A DNA stretch of 63,993 nucleotides, filler included, from Reticulomyxa filosa (GCA_000512085.1; 25 parts of 25 records of this genome joined end to end with filler, not necessarily neighbours in it), one strand, 5' to 3'; positions 1 to 12,949 are shown, counted from the whole stretch's first letter. A program made the numbers and translations. Notes: generated by a model from the sequence alone, not told the origin.

Positions 1-42
1 AAAAAAAAAAAAAACAACAATTTAATGTGATATATTTCAAAG

Positions 43-2205
43 ATACAAAAATACGTCCATTACAAAAAAGGAAAAATTGTTGGTGTATGCCTGCAATCTT
101 GCAGAAAATGGGAAAGAAGAATTGTTCGCGAATATTCTAGAACGATTTAAACCGTACGTAAACCTGCGATACAAATTCACATATGGACATCGCCGAGTTT
201 TGAGTTTGAAAAAAACGTGTGTTTCATGTGCAATATCCGAACTTAGAAAGACTTACACAAAACAAAACAAAAAAAAAAAAGCATAATTTGTTGGGACACT
301 TGGTGTCGCCTGCCTCGGTGAATAATGTGAGATGCGTGCGATATTTGCTGGAGTCGCAATTAGTGAAGCCATTGGACAGGGAATTGAAACGTGCGTTGAA
401 TTTGGCGACCCTATTTCAAAACGAAGATTGCATGAAGCTGCTGTTGAGCGCGAATTATTTGGATGAGAGAGACAAAGCCATGCGCGACTATGCATTGCAA
501 TATTTGAAAGAAAAGAGCAAATCGGAGGTGTTATTGGGATATTTGAAACAGCATTTGAACAAGTTGGAATTGAAAGTGGTGATGAATGCATTGTGCAAAG
601 TAATGCAAGAAATGATCAAAGATCGCAAATGCATTAGCACCGATCTGTTCAACTTGTGTTGGCTTTACGACTCGAACAAAATGTGGGAGGTCATGTTTTC
701 AAAGTGTCAGCAGCTGCTGAATATTGATACATTATCAGAAAAGCCAAATGATTGGCAATGGTTATCCGAATATATGGTCGAAGATCGAAACTTATTAATT
801 TGGTTGGAACGTTGTGTCAATGATAAAGATAAAGAAAAGAACAAAGATAAAGATAAAGAAAAGAAAAAAAAAGAGAATGAAGATAATGGTGATAGCGACG
901 AAGACGAAGAAGAAAATGAAAAGAAAGGAAATGATATATATTGGTCGAAAATAAAAACGTTATGTGATGAACAGCGATATAAAGAAATGATAGTTTATCA
1001 AAACACATTGAAAAAAGAAATTGACAGCAATGAAGAGAAATTTGCAGAAATATGCTCTTGGAAGTGTTCGAATGTAATATCTCCCAAATATTTGAATAAA
1101 AAGAGCAATTGGAGACAAGATGCATTTCCAAATGGAGTGAAATGTCATTTGTCGGAACAAGACTTGCTGCAAATGTCTTTGAAAAGTCGCGATGTCACGT
1201 TTCGTCCAAAGCATACGTACGACTTTGATTTGTATCTGACGGAGCTGCTTTCACGTGCACACGAAGTCGATGAGCAATTTCAAACACTCACAAAACGCAT
1301 TTTCAATAAATGCAAAGGCTGTTCGTTTTTAAGTGGACCCATCAAAACTCACGAACGTTGTAAAATGAAAGCTCAGGTCGAATATCGCAATGAAAATTTT
1401 CCCAAATCGGCCCATATTTTAGATATCATTCGTTGTCAGGCCACTTTTGATACCATTGTCAATTTTCGAAATGGTTTGTTCCTTTTGGTCGATCAAATTG
1501 GTGCCAACAAAACTAACTTTGAAATTATGCGAATTAAAAATGGTTTTGAAATTAAAGAAATTAATAATAATAATAACAACAATAATAAGAATGATGATGG
1601 TAATAAAAAATTATACAGCGAACGACTAAAATTGGAAATTCCACAAGAATATAAAGACATCAAAATCAATGTGATATTTACAAATGACAAAGGTCTTCGC
1701 GTAGTCGGAGAAATCCAATTGCTATTGCAACCCATTTCAACATTTAAAGAGAGACAACATCAAATTTATGAGATTTCAAGACAAGAAGAATATCGCTTTG
1801 GCGCTTTAAAGCAAGTGTCGATTCATTCGTTTGCGTTTCAATTGAAAATGTCAGGTTGTCATCCATCATCATTGTCGCCATTAATGTTGTACTTCCCTTT
1901 GGAATTCCGTCGATGTCCATACGTGTTGACTCAAAAAGACTCGGAAGGAAAAAACTATCTCTCGCAATTGGCGTACAATGAAAATTTACATTTGAATTGC
2001 GTTCAAGAAATGCTACAAAGCGGAAATTTCATGCCCACACAAGTGGTACAAAAGCAATTGGCAGAAACAAATCAATTTGGAAATTATCCACTTATGTATG
2101 CCTTATGGAAGCAATCTTCTATTTCTTTGGTTCAATTATTTGTGCCTGAATCATCTACCAATGCACAGATTATTTGGAATGCTTTAGATGAGGTTTGCTT
2201 TTTTA

Positions 2206-2241
<36 letters not shown>

Positions 2242-3315
2242 GAAAATGTACTTCTGTGTTTATTCCCAAGAACAAAAGATCTTGTCTTGAATATGCTGTT
2301 CGAAATATCAATGTCGATCTCGTCGATTTGCTTACTTTTTTGAAGAGTAATATCAATGATCAAACATGGCAACAGCTTATCATCACACGGGGAGTGCGGG
2401 TATGCATTATTTCTCTATTTGTTTGTTTGCCACGCACCAACGTACACAAATGTTATTTGCAACATGTGAAAAGGATGGATGCAATCCATTCATGTCTCTC
2501 TTATTCTGGCAGCCTACATTGTCCAAACAAGTGATCGAAATGCTCCTTCCTCTCAATTACAAAACGGATACTGTATTTTGGAATTCGTGCGTAACAACTG
2601 CAATTAGTGAAAAAGACACACCATTGCATGCGTTATTTGAAAATGGTTTCTCCGACTCTTTGTTGCGCCTTCAAATCTTGAAAGAAATCATACCCTCTGC
2701 TATTTGGCACAAAGCGCTTTCCACAAACAATATTGTTACTATTTTACTCACACATTTTTTCTTTTTTTTTTTGACAGATTGATCGATTTATGTGATAATC
2801 AATAAATAAATAAATGAAAAGGGCGGATGCACTCCAGTTATGCTTGCAGCATGGAAGACAGCTGATATCACAACTGACCTTCTATCATTACTAATCCCGA
2901 CTGATTGTGATGAAAAATTTTGGAAAATAACCACAAATGTTTTCTTTTCTTTGCTTTTTTGTTATATTTGTACATATACGAAAATAAAAAACATCCAATT
3001 GCAAAAAAAAACAATGTGAATTTTAGGAAAATGCCTCACACGTATGGGGGAGTAACATATTGCATTTAAGCTTATTCAATGGTGCCCCTGATGATCTCAA
3101 CAGGCTCAAATATTTACAAACAGTAATTCCAGATACTATTTTTAAAGAATTGCTTCGCACCAAAAACAATATCAAGGTAAATTTGCATTTTTTGATTTTT
3201 TTAAAAAAATCCATCGGAAACATTATAAAAACAGGGCAGAGAAACTCCTTTTGAAATGGCAAAGAGATTAGGAAAAGGTGAAGCTATTTTGGAAATGTTG
3301 GCCATAGCATCATGA
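43..3315 (+). CDS. Ankyrin-repeat protein with a central RelA/SpoT-type (alarmone synthetase-like) nucleotidyltransferase domain; spliced, 5'-partial
   Basis: Predicted exons 43-157, 282-2192, 2271-2393, 2474-2734, 2822-2938, 3027-3176, 3235-3315 (TGA), joined by in-phase GT-AG introns. Synthetase-like motifs in order: GPIKTHERCKMK, LDIIRC, RIKNGF, YKDIKINV, GEIQLL, HQIYE (about 1335-1782). Ankyrin-like units on both sides (ALNLAT..NEDCMKLLL; GNYPLMYAL; GCNPFMSLL; DTPLHAL; GCTPVMLAA; ETPFEMA). Confidence 0.8.
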
Positions 3316-3513
3316 CCAAATTTATTGATTTTGTAAAGTGCATTACATGAAATTCTTTTTAAGTTCACTGAATTGTTTTTTCAAAGATGTAAAGGAAAAT
3401 TAAAATCAATTTTCATTAGAATAGAATAAAGTAAAAATAAATAAATTGAAGAAAAAATAACAAGAATAAACAGACGGAATGATGCCAAAAAAAAAAAATT
3501 GGATTGTTTTGAA

Positions 3514-4705
3514 TCAACTTGAGCCAAACCCTTTTCCGTCGGTAACGTAGGTAAAAATAGCAACAACGACAGAAATGCTTGACACAGCAACAGGTATCCC
3601 AAAAGGTCCATTTAACCAAATAGCACCACCAGTAGCAGCTAAAACAATTGCTCCACTAGTTGCTAAAGCTTTAATAATGGCATCTGTGTATTTCATTGAA
3701 AATGCCACAAGTAAACCACCACTTGCACCTAATATACTAATTATTAATGTAATTGCTGTCCAATTTTTAAAATATCCATCATTATGTAGACTTGGGAAAT
3801 AACTATTTATTAATTATATAAATATATAGATATAAATATTGATATACATCTATGTATACATATATATGTTAATATAAACAAAACAGAAGAAATGAAAATA
3901 CGGCCAATTGAATATTTCTGTCCCAAACAGATACGGCATTTTGATCATCTTTTAAAACTTTTTCAAAATAAACACTAATTAATCCTGATAATGTTACTTC
4001 TGTTAAAACAGCAAGTAACCCAATAATAAATGACATCGAACCTCCACCTTCAGCACTTTTTTTAGATGATTTATGTTGATGTGTAGCTGCATATTCACTA
4101 ATTACTATCACACTGCACACCAGGTGTAGCAATGCTCGAATACGAACACTCGAAAATGTTCTAATTTTACATTATATAATAAATATTATATATGCACATA
4201 TTTATAATCTATTTATGATTTTAATATTTTATTTAAATAAATAAACAAAAAAAGATACATACCTTCCCAACATAAGATAGCTAAAACCAGCAGTTGTCAA
4301 TGTTTTGAGTTGTGAACAAACAGTAAAAGTCCCTGCATCAATTCGTCAAAGCCACAAAACTAAGTCGATTCATTGCATAGTATACTGCTGCCGGAACAAA
4401 CATCTTCGGAGATCCTTGAACCAATTTCTTTAAATGGGACCCTATTGATGTCGAATCTGTTTCCAATACATGTCATGTATCATCAAAAGTATTTAATCGC
4501 ATTATTTCATTTTAATTTTCATTATTAAAAATATGGAAAAAAATTCACACAATAGAAACTAACCATGCTGTTTCTTCAAATCTGAGGTTGTCATTACAAA
4601 TGACACTCCAAATTTTATTATTTCTCCTGCTATTAGAATCGAGCTGTCTGAGGCCTCGTCGAACAATACACCCACTGCAAACCGTCGTAACAATGTATAC
4701 AGCGC
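3514..4705 (-). CDS. SLC35A-family nucleotide-sugar transporter (CMP-sialic acid/UDP-galactose type), 5'-partial, one apparent frameshift
   Basis: Exon translations ILIAGEIIKFGVS; FVPAAVYYAMNRLSFVAL / IDAGTFTVCSQLKTLTTAGFSYLMLGR; SGLISVYFEKVLK..VWDRNIQLA; GGLLVAFSMKYTDAIIKALATS match SLC35A motifs. Frameshift near 4345. Confidence 0.85.
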
Positions 4706-4731
4706 TTTTTTTTTTTTCATTCACAATTTTG

Positions 4732-4831
4732 NNNNNNNNNNNNNNNNNNNNNNNNNNNNNNNNNNNNNNNNNNNNTTAATTAATTAANNNNNNNNNNNNN
4801 NNNNNNNNNNNNNNNNNNNNNNNNNNNNNNN
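4732..4831. other. Artificial contig-joining linker (44N-TTAATTAATTAA-44N), first of 24 copies
   Basis: Identical 100-bp spacers with stops in all six frames start at 4732, 5991, 9783, 12850, 18574, 22833, 24640, 28664, 30816, 32237, 34126, 37060, 39589, 40702, 43516, 45365, 46782, 48465, 55382, 57546, 58738, 60286, 61614 and 62894. Confidence 0.98.
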
Positions 4832-4927
4832 AAAAAAAAAAATAAAGTACTATCAATATAAATATATACATATATATATATATAATGTATATGTACATAT
4901 ATGAATGCACAAATTAATGCGTGAAAG

Positions 4928-5171
4928 CCAATTCATATATTGGGCACCAGCCTGGGCGGATACTTGGCACTGTGTTTCGCGGAAAAGCACCCCAAACAGG
5001 TGTCGTCGATAGTATTGACCAATGCGTTTTGTGACACTCACTATTTCAAGAAAAGCGCCCCTTGGGTTTCCATGTTAAGTGGATGCTTACGTGTACATAA
5101 CAACAAATTGAAGAGAGAGGTCTTTTCATAGTGTGCTTATGCGACACACATCATCATTATATACATATACA

Positions 5172-5214
<43 letters not shown>

Positions 5215-5615
5215 GTATATAATGGTTATGTATATGGCACATTGCACATCGTCTTTCAAAACAATGGAACAACACAAAAAAAAAAAAAAAAAAAGGCAAT
5301 ATATGCCCGAGTTTTATTTAAGACGCTACATAACTGGTAGCTTATCTTCCGATGAAAAGCAACCAATTACTGCTGTGTTGGCAGTTGACTTTATTGTCAA
5401 GCAGGTTTGTTTTGAATTCTGCGCTTACATACTATGTGTGTGTGGTAGCGCTATTGGAGACAATACACAAACAGGCAGAGCAGCTGACACATCAAGAATT
5501 GATGTCAAGAGTGTCGTTGAATGTCACCGAAAATCCGTAAAAAAAGTGACTGTCCCGCATGAACACATTACCATTATTGATGTACGTTTTTGATAACTAA
5601 TCAATCAACTTGCAA

Positions 5616-5646
<31 letters not shown>

Positions 5647-5990
5647 TATATGCATATGCGCATATGTGTAATGGAATGGCTAGCCTTGTGATGGCACTAG
5701 TTTGCCCACATCGATGCGAAAGCAATTGTACGAGCTGTTATCTGGGGCAGTGCATTGCACGATGAAGGAAGGGGGAGACTTCCCTTATTTGTCGCATTCG
5801 CAGGAATACACGATGCTCGTGCAAGTGCACCTCCGACGAAATGGGCTGTACCAATTCGAGCACAAGGCGTCTTTCGACTCGGCACTCTCTTCATGGAAGC
5901 ACGCTCGATCCATTCCTTACTCGCACATTGTCCGGCCCACTCAACGTCGTGCCAAAGGCAATGAAGACAACGAGGAGGAGGAGGAAGAGG
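4928..5990 (+). CDS. SPG21: Maspardin-like alpha/beta-hydrolase-fold protein, partial, spliced
   Basis: IHILGTSLGGYLA..SIVLTNAFCDT, YMPEFYLRRYI, AVDFIVKQ..ELMSRVSLN and MKEGGDFPYLSHSQEYTMLVQVHLRR are colinear with maspardin motifs (HLFGASLGGFLA, MPAFMLKK, ELASRLTLN, KTGGNFPYL..VQIHL). Confidence 0.85.
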
Positions 5991-6090
5991 NNNNNNNNNN
6001 NNNNNNNNNNNNNNNNNNNNNNNNNNNNNNNNNNTTAATTAATTAANNNNNNNNNNNNNNNNNNNNNNNNNNNNNNNNNNNNNNNNNNNN

Positions 6091-6129
<39 letters not shown>

Positions 6130-6145
6130 TATATATAAATATATA

Positions 6146-6179
<34 letters not shown>

Positions 6180-6198
6180 TCGTATTGTTCTTAAAAAG

Positions 6199-7275
6199 TT
6201 ATATGATCGGACAATTGCTGAAATATTTGCAAGACAATGGAATGGGTGAAAACACGCTAGTGATATTTATTAGCGACAATGGCGGAGCTCTAAGTGTGGA
6301 AGGGGCCGGGAACAATGGCCATTTGAAATGCGGGAAGGGAACGACGTGGGAAGGGGGTCCTCGTGTCCCCGCAATTTTGTGGTGGCCCAACCGCGTCCCC
6401 GCTGGTCGTGTCACTCGACAACTTGGCTCCACATTGGACGTGCTGCCCACCATTGCGGACCTCTTGCAATTGTCGCTGCCTACCGATCGCGTCTACGACG
6501 GAGTCTCACAAGTTGGTTGGTTCTTCAACAAGTATGGACAGTCGGCACGAGACACATATTGGTATTGGCCTGGAACGCCTAGTAACCAAACTGGTTGGTG
6601 GACACAGTCCTTGGCTGCTGTTCGTCAAAATCAATGGAAGGTACCCTTTTTTTTACACTGATTTTTTTTTTAAAAAAAAAGAGTTTGAAGTAGTTTTATA
6701 TAATATTATCTGTACATATATATATATATGTATATATGTATATATGTACGTTTTATGGATTAAATAGCTACACTGGTCGGTGAAAGGTGGAGTCTGCTCC
6801 ACAAACTATGCTGATCCTGATTGTCGAAGCAATAACAGTGCTGTATTGCTGCAATCTCCGTATTTGTATAATTTGTATCACGATCCCAGCGAACATGTCA
6901 AGCTAAACATCTCGCTCCCATTCTATGCCAATATTGTCGCTCGATTGAATGAAACGTTCAAAAGCATTTTAACTCCAGGGTTATGGAGTCCCTCTCAAAT
7001 TCAAAATACCAACACCACTTATGAACCTTGCTGCGCTTGGGGTTATTATTTTATTTTATTTTATTTATAATTTTAATAAATAAATAAAAATGCCGTGGAT
7101 GATATACCTTTTTGTTAGATGCTTGACAATACAACGTATACACATGTACATAGGTTGTAGTCCGTGGCCGAATTGCTGTACATGTGGACAAAATGTTTCA
7201 TTGTCAGAGTTTGCCAACAATTTTTGGAGGTCTGGTGCTACAGTCCAGCCTCCAAACTCTAACATACAATTCTAA
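6199..7275 (+). CDS. Arylsulfatase (ARSA-like), C-terminal part, spliced
   Basis: ENTLVIFISDNGG, GKGTTWEGGPRVPAILWWP, STLDVLPTIA, YDGVS, LAAVR..WK, LYNLYHDPSE and a Cys-rich tail. Introns at about 6641-6767 and 7042-7152. Confidence 0.9.
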
Positions 7276-7582
7276 AGAGGACACTTTTCTGGTTTTATTT
7301 TTGTTCTATTAATACTAACAAGTAATCTTTTCCACTTTTGTGTGTACATTGCTACCACAGAATGTAAACAAGTTAACAAAAATTTTGTTTAATTTCTACA
7401 ACAGCAATCAAATGTCATCATTGTAGTAAAAAACCAACCTTTAAGCAATTGGATATTGAATTTAAAAAGTTTTGCTAACACTCATCGACCAGCATTAGAA
7501 CTTCTTGGCGCCAAGACCAGGGGTTTGCATTATCAAAAAAAAACAAAAACAAAAACATTATCATCTGTGCCCATTTCATTGG

Positions 7583-8782
7583 ATGTCAACAGCTCCGAGC
7601 CTTGCTCATGCAAGTGAATTGCAATCTTTGATGAGCACTCAACCACATGGTGTCTCATATGTGCCGAAAACAGCTTCGTCAGAGGCCAAAACAAGTGACC
7701 CGCCCTCACACGCACTAGAAATCAATGAAAATTTGCTTGTTCCAAAAAGTGACCACGAGACCAAGTCAAGTGAACAAGAGCAACTCGAACCGGCCACTGG
7801 ACAAAATGGACTACATGACTATGTAAAACAAGGAGACATATAACACCGACGTAACATTTGAGGATATAACATAAATAAACATATATACATATGTATACAT
7901 ATATATGTGTACATACATATGTGTACATATATGTATAAGCGTGTATTCATACATATACATACACATACATATAAAAATATGCATATGATATATTGAAAAT
8001 AAATAAACCACGTTTGTAGAAAGGTGGATACAAAGCGCACATAGTACGACGTGTGTATCACGTAACAGTATTTGCATTAATTCCTTGGATATTTTTCTGG
8101 TATTTTCATTCAATATGTGAAAGCATAGGCATAAATGTAAGCAAGGCATTGTCAATCGTGATATTGGTACAGATAGTGTTGGAAGCTGTTCGCATCAAAT
8201 ATGGAGTAATCATATTCGGACAGAGAGAGTACGAAAGAAAGCAAGTATGTGCACAAGCATGGGGAACCATTTCTACGTGCATTGTTTTAATGTTAGCTTA
8301 TCCAAGAGCATTCAGCATTAAGCCAATGTTTACGAGTTCCACACTGCATAGCAAAAACAATTCAAAGACTTATGCATGCTATGCACAGATCGCATTACCT
8401 ATCATTTGGTATTTATTTTTTTTTTAAAAAAAAAGGGGGAGAGGAACGATCTTTGAACTTTTTTTTTTTTTTGAAAAAAAAAAAAAGGGGGCTAGGATTT
8501 GGTGATCCATTGATTGGAGAACTCAAACGACTTGGTGTGAGTTTGAAACTAAGAAGTGCAATCGCCATATTGGTTTTGATGGTCATTTATTTGATTGCTT
8601 TCTTGTGGTGTGGTACACCATTTTGGTTAATGTTCATTCTACCACCTATCGCCGTTGCTGCAGAATATCCCAAACTTACCTTCATTGATGATAATGCTAT
8701 GATGTTATTGGTGCCACTCTTGTTCTCTTTGTTGCTTGAGCCCTGGTTTGAGGCCAAATGTGACCAAATTTTTTACAAATAA
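7583..8782 (+). CDS. CTP-dependent phytol/dolichol/diacylglycerol kinase-like membrane protein
   Basis: Exons about 7583-7822, 8020-8408 and 8488-8782. HIVRRVYH, GQREYE, GFGDPLIG and AE..IDDN motifs plus several hydrophobic helices. Confidence 0.65.
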
Positions 8783-9882
8783 CTACCATTCTTTTCTTTT
8801 GCTGTTGTTTCATCATCTAAGGCTATTTCCATGGTGCTGCAAGATGAAAGTTGAGATTGCAATTGAATGAAGTAAAAAGAGAGGCAAAAAATTTACTACG
8901 ATTAAATGTCTTGATTGTAAATATTTGGTCAAAGGCCATTTTTTTTTATTAAAAAAAACAACAAACGTTTTAAGATATTAAGACGCGTTTTGTTTGTTGA
9001 GTTTTCTTAAAGTGAACTTTTATTGGAAACAAATTTCGAAATTATCCTTTTGCCAACAGCAGGAGCAGAAGTATGAACATGAGTGAAAGAAACAGTCACA
9101 AGAAGAACAATTGGAAAAAAAGAAACCGAAGCATGAGTAAGCACAGCAGTAGTCGCAGCGGGAGAAGCGAAAGAGACGTTGATGAACGCCATGACAAAGA
9201 GTACACGAGCGCAAACAAAAAACAGAAAAAGATCAAGAAGAGAAAATATCAATACGCAAATAACAAGACGAAAAAGAATATTGCAAATTTTGCAGATTGC
9301 AAAGAACAAAGGAATGCTAAAAGAAAGAGATGAAAAACATATAGTATGCTCTAAAACATCATTAACAATAGAAATAAAAGAAGAAAGGCAAATCTTTGAC
9401 AAAATATCTCAATTTGCTCTCAATTAGTCATATAGATTAATGTAAAAAGCGATATGAAGAAATATGAAATACAAGGATATAGCACTGGTTACGAATACAA
9501 CGACTAGTAAACGATAAAATTGATGAAAGTGTACACACGATGTGTGGGCATGATATAAAAGACGACGAATATGTGTATGAGTACAAGTCGCTTTTTTGAT
9601 TGTCATCAATTATGTATTGAAAATTTTTTGTGATTTATCAGAAAACCAGTTTAATGTTGCAATAATCATTTCGTATTGTAACAATAATTTGTAATCTAGC
9701 ACAAATACAGTAAGTTGCAAAGAAAACTGAACGATAAAACGATATCATATGATGATAATTGATTTTAACAATGAAAAATCAANNNNNNNNNNNNNNNNNN
9801 NNNNNNNNNNNNNNNNNNNNNNNNNNTTAATTAATTAANNNNNNNNNNNNNNNNNNNNNNNNNNNNNNNNNNNNNNNNNNNN

Positions 9883-9920
<38 letters not shown>

Positions 9921-9929
9921 AAAACAGTA

Positions 9930-11142
9930 AACAAGGTGGACAATCCACTCATCCCACATGACGGTGGTTCAATTACCCTCTATCATTTGTAATTATTTTG
10001 TAAAAAGGGATAATGACAGTCATATGCAAGTGTTTAATCAAAAAAAAATAAAAAAATAAAAAAACAGGAGGAAATGTGCAAACTAGCAATTTCATTTGTT
10101 CATGTTGAACAAGTAAATCCCATGACGACAAATTCACTTCAAGGTTGGGTATGTTTCCCAGAATTTTTACTTTCATTCTCTCGACCCCCAGTAGTTTCTC
10201 ATCCCAATCCGAGCCAACTCTCACTGTGTTCTGCCACACATCACAAACACTTTATTGCAAAACCAGTGTGTAACACGCACGTACACTGCTTTTTGTCCCT
10301 TTGGATTTCAACAACTACATTCGAGAAAAATTTGACCTTACATTTTATCGGTCAATTGTTTTTTTTGTTTGTTTTGTTTTGTTTTTCTATTTTTTGTTGT
10401 TTTTTTTTTTTTTTTCCCATTCAAAAAAAAAAACAAGCAAAATACCTGCACATTGCAAATCTTGGAAGACTGTCCAGTGTCTATTTGCCTTTCTTTTCTG
10501 CTTTCTGTTGTCTTGGCCAAGGATACAAGATGAATGCTCTTAGATAAAGGTGGGGATTGGCGATCTGCAAAACATCAATGTACGCTTAATACAAAAAATT
10601 TTTTTTTAAAAAAAGATTACTTAAAAAAAAATTTCATGTGCCATACTCCTCAAAGCAGACCACAAAACATTTACCATGGTCGTCTTTGTTACATCGCTGC
10701 TTTTTCTCTCCCTCTGATGAATTTTCAAATGACATTTTTCTTTTTTGCGGGAGTCTAGTTGTGATCATTTTTTTACCCACCCCCTCAATTATAAAGAGTA
10801 GTGTGTTGACTTTTTTATTTAGAAAAAAATTCAACAACAACAAAAAACTGACCGCCTCAACTTGGCATCACTCTTCTCATGTCCTTTCGCAATTACATTT
10901 GTGGTACATAAATCATTCACATTTTCACTAACTATTGAGCGCTTGGTTTCATCTGGAATATTTTGTACTTTATTCACGACACTGGGCCATTTTTCTATTA
11001 CATTTACTTCCGACGGCAATGTATCCGAACTGAAAAAGCAAAGCAAGAGTAGCCAAACAAAACACGGACATTGCTCTTTATTTCTACGTAACTCCACGTA
11101 GTCGGGGCGACATCTCAAGTTCTCTTCTTTGTCCGTTGGCAT
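9930..11142 (-). CDS. Hypothetical multi-exon protein
   Basis: Coding-like segments (10831-11142, about 10680-10750, about 10450-10530, about 10075-10240) separated by poly-T/poly-A intron-like tracts. No family recognised. Confidence 0.3.
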
Positions 11143-12276
11143 TGTTTGTTTTTCTGTTGTTTATAACAGTCTACTTTTGTGTGTGGAATAAAAGTCGTAT
11201 TGGAGAGAAACCTTCCATTGCTGGTTTTCTTCAAATTCAAGGTATGCCAAAAATTTACCAAAAAATCGACCGCAAAAGAAACTTATTTTGGTTAGTCCTT
11301 TTTACATGAAGTTTACTGAAACCATAGACAGCCACACAAAAAATTTTGGAGAATATGGATTAACTCCCAATAACAGGCTGACAATCAAATCGTAAAGAAA
11401 TCAAGTAGTGCACAAGGCAAAGAAAGATGCGAAACAAATAAATTCCGTGGCTCAAAGTTATTGCATACGTATTAGTGAAACACCCAAAGCAACAAAAATA
11501 CAATGTAGAGATTCTTGAATTTATGGAATTTGAAAAAATGAACACTGTTTGCTATAAGAAGCTTTTTTCAATGCTGTTCAATATCATTGGAGCATTTGTT
11601 AAACATAAAACAAAAAAAAATGTAAACTTGTGCAATATTTTTCTGTTTGTTTTCGGCTCAATGTACGGTTAGAATATTTTTAATATAAAGGAGACAATTG
11701 AATATACGTGGAATACAAGTTCAATTGCTTTCACTCAAGTGAAAAGATCTAGCTCTACAAAAGAACAAATTACCGAGTGATGAAAGTAAATGCAGTAATA
11801 CTTTTCGAGCATTGCACATGCTGTCGGAAATTTTGTGTGTATTTAGCTATATTTGGGCTAAAGCGACAAATTCCATATTTAACGTTATTTGTTTTCGAAT
11901 GTAAAACGCAAAAAAGATTATAAAAGAAAAAAAATGATTGAAGAATGGAGTGACTTGACACCAAAATCCACATGTTGTTTGTAGACAAACCATAGCGGAG
12001 AAAAAAAAGTCGTGTAACGACTTTATTTTGGAGAGCACATAAAACACACCATAGCAACAGCGACAAAAGCAATACAAAAAAAAAAAAAGAATCTTTTTAA
12101 AAAAGAAAAGTTCCATGTTTCAAATAGTACTCTTTTCCAACAATGGAGCGATCAAAGTTCGCATCATTGTCTATTGAGAAGCTTGTCACAATCAAAGTGA
12201 GACATAAAGAATAAAATGCAAAAAAAAAAAAAAAAAAGCACAAAATGAGAAACAAACAATATCGGAAAAAAAAAGC

Positions 12277-12849
12277 TTATGTTTCCATTTTGACTTCGTC
12301 GTCATCGCCTTGATTAGGCTTCTGTCTGTGGCGACGTACACGAGGATGTAGTTGCAGATCGGCAATGTCCTGTTTAAGACTGGGATACCCTTGTTGAATG
12401 CGCTGGATATTGGGTTCCCAGGCTCTGATGAGAGGATCGAAGAACTTGGCTACTTCTTGCGCGCTTTGGATAGCCTGATGGTGTTGAGTGCGCGCTGCTT
12501 TCCATTGTCTTTTGGCTCTCAAAAATCGGGCATAATGGAACATGAAGGCAATATTAGTGACTTTGACGACGGCGCTCTGAAGTTCGGACGAGGCGTCGCG
12601 ATTATGTAAACAATCATCTTGCTGCAGAAAAAGAGGGCAAGAAAGGAAGGAGGATCCATCCTCTTCGTCCCAAAGTCCATTCAAAGACCATTGAGTGATC
12701 TTTTTGCCAGGCTCTCGATTTCCCAATACAGCGTTGTAAAACAACACACACGAGGATGGATTTCTTGGGACAAGTGCTTCAAAATGCACTGACTCAAGTG
12801 GATTGTGTTGCTCTTGTTCCTCTTGCTGCTGTTGCTGTTGCTGTTGCTG
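12277..12849 (-). CDS. Hypothetical protein C-terminus (poly-Q start, TPR-like helix), 5'-partial
   Basis: GC-richer open frame from the contig edge (QQQQ..) to a stop at 12277. FHYARFLRAKRQWKAARTQHHQAI resembles a TPR helix pair. Confidence 0.5.
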   Translation of the reverse strand, partial: QQQQQQQQQEEQEQHNPLESVHFEALVPRNPSSCVLFYNAVLGNREPGKKITQWSLNGLWDEEDGSSFLSCPLFLQQDDCLHNRDASSELQSAVVKVTNIAFMFHYARFLRAKRQWKAARTQHHQAIQSAQEVAKFFDPLIRAWEPNIQRIQQGYPSLKQDIADLQLHPRVRRHRQKPNQGDDDEVKMET

Positions 12850-12949
12850 NNNNNNNNNNNNNNNNNNNNNNNNNNNNNNNNNNNNNNNNNNNNTTAATTA
12901 ATTAANNNNNNNNNNNNNNNNNNNNNNNNNNNNNNNNNNNNNNNNNNNN

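Noticed and set aside
9007-9430. Short overlapping Lys/Arg-rich ORFs
   Set aside because: No recognisable motif or consistent splice model.
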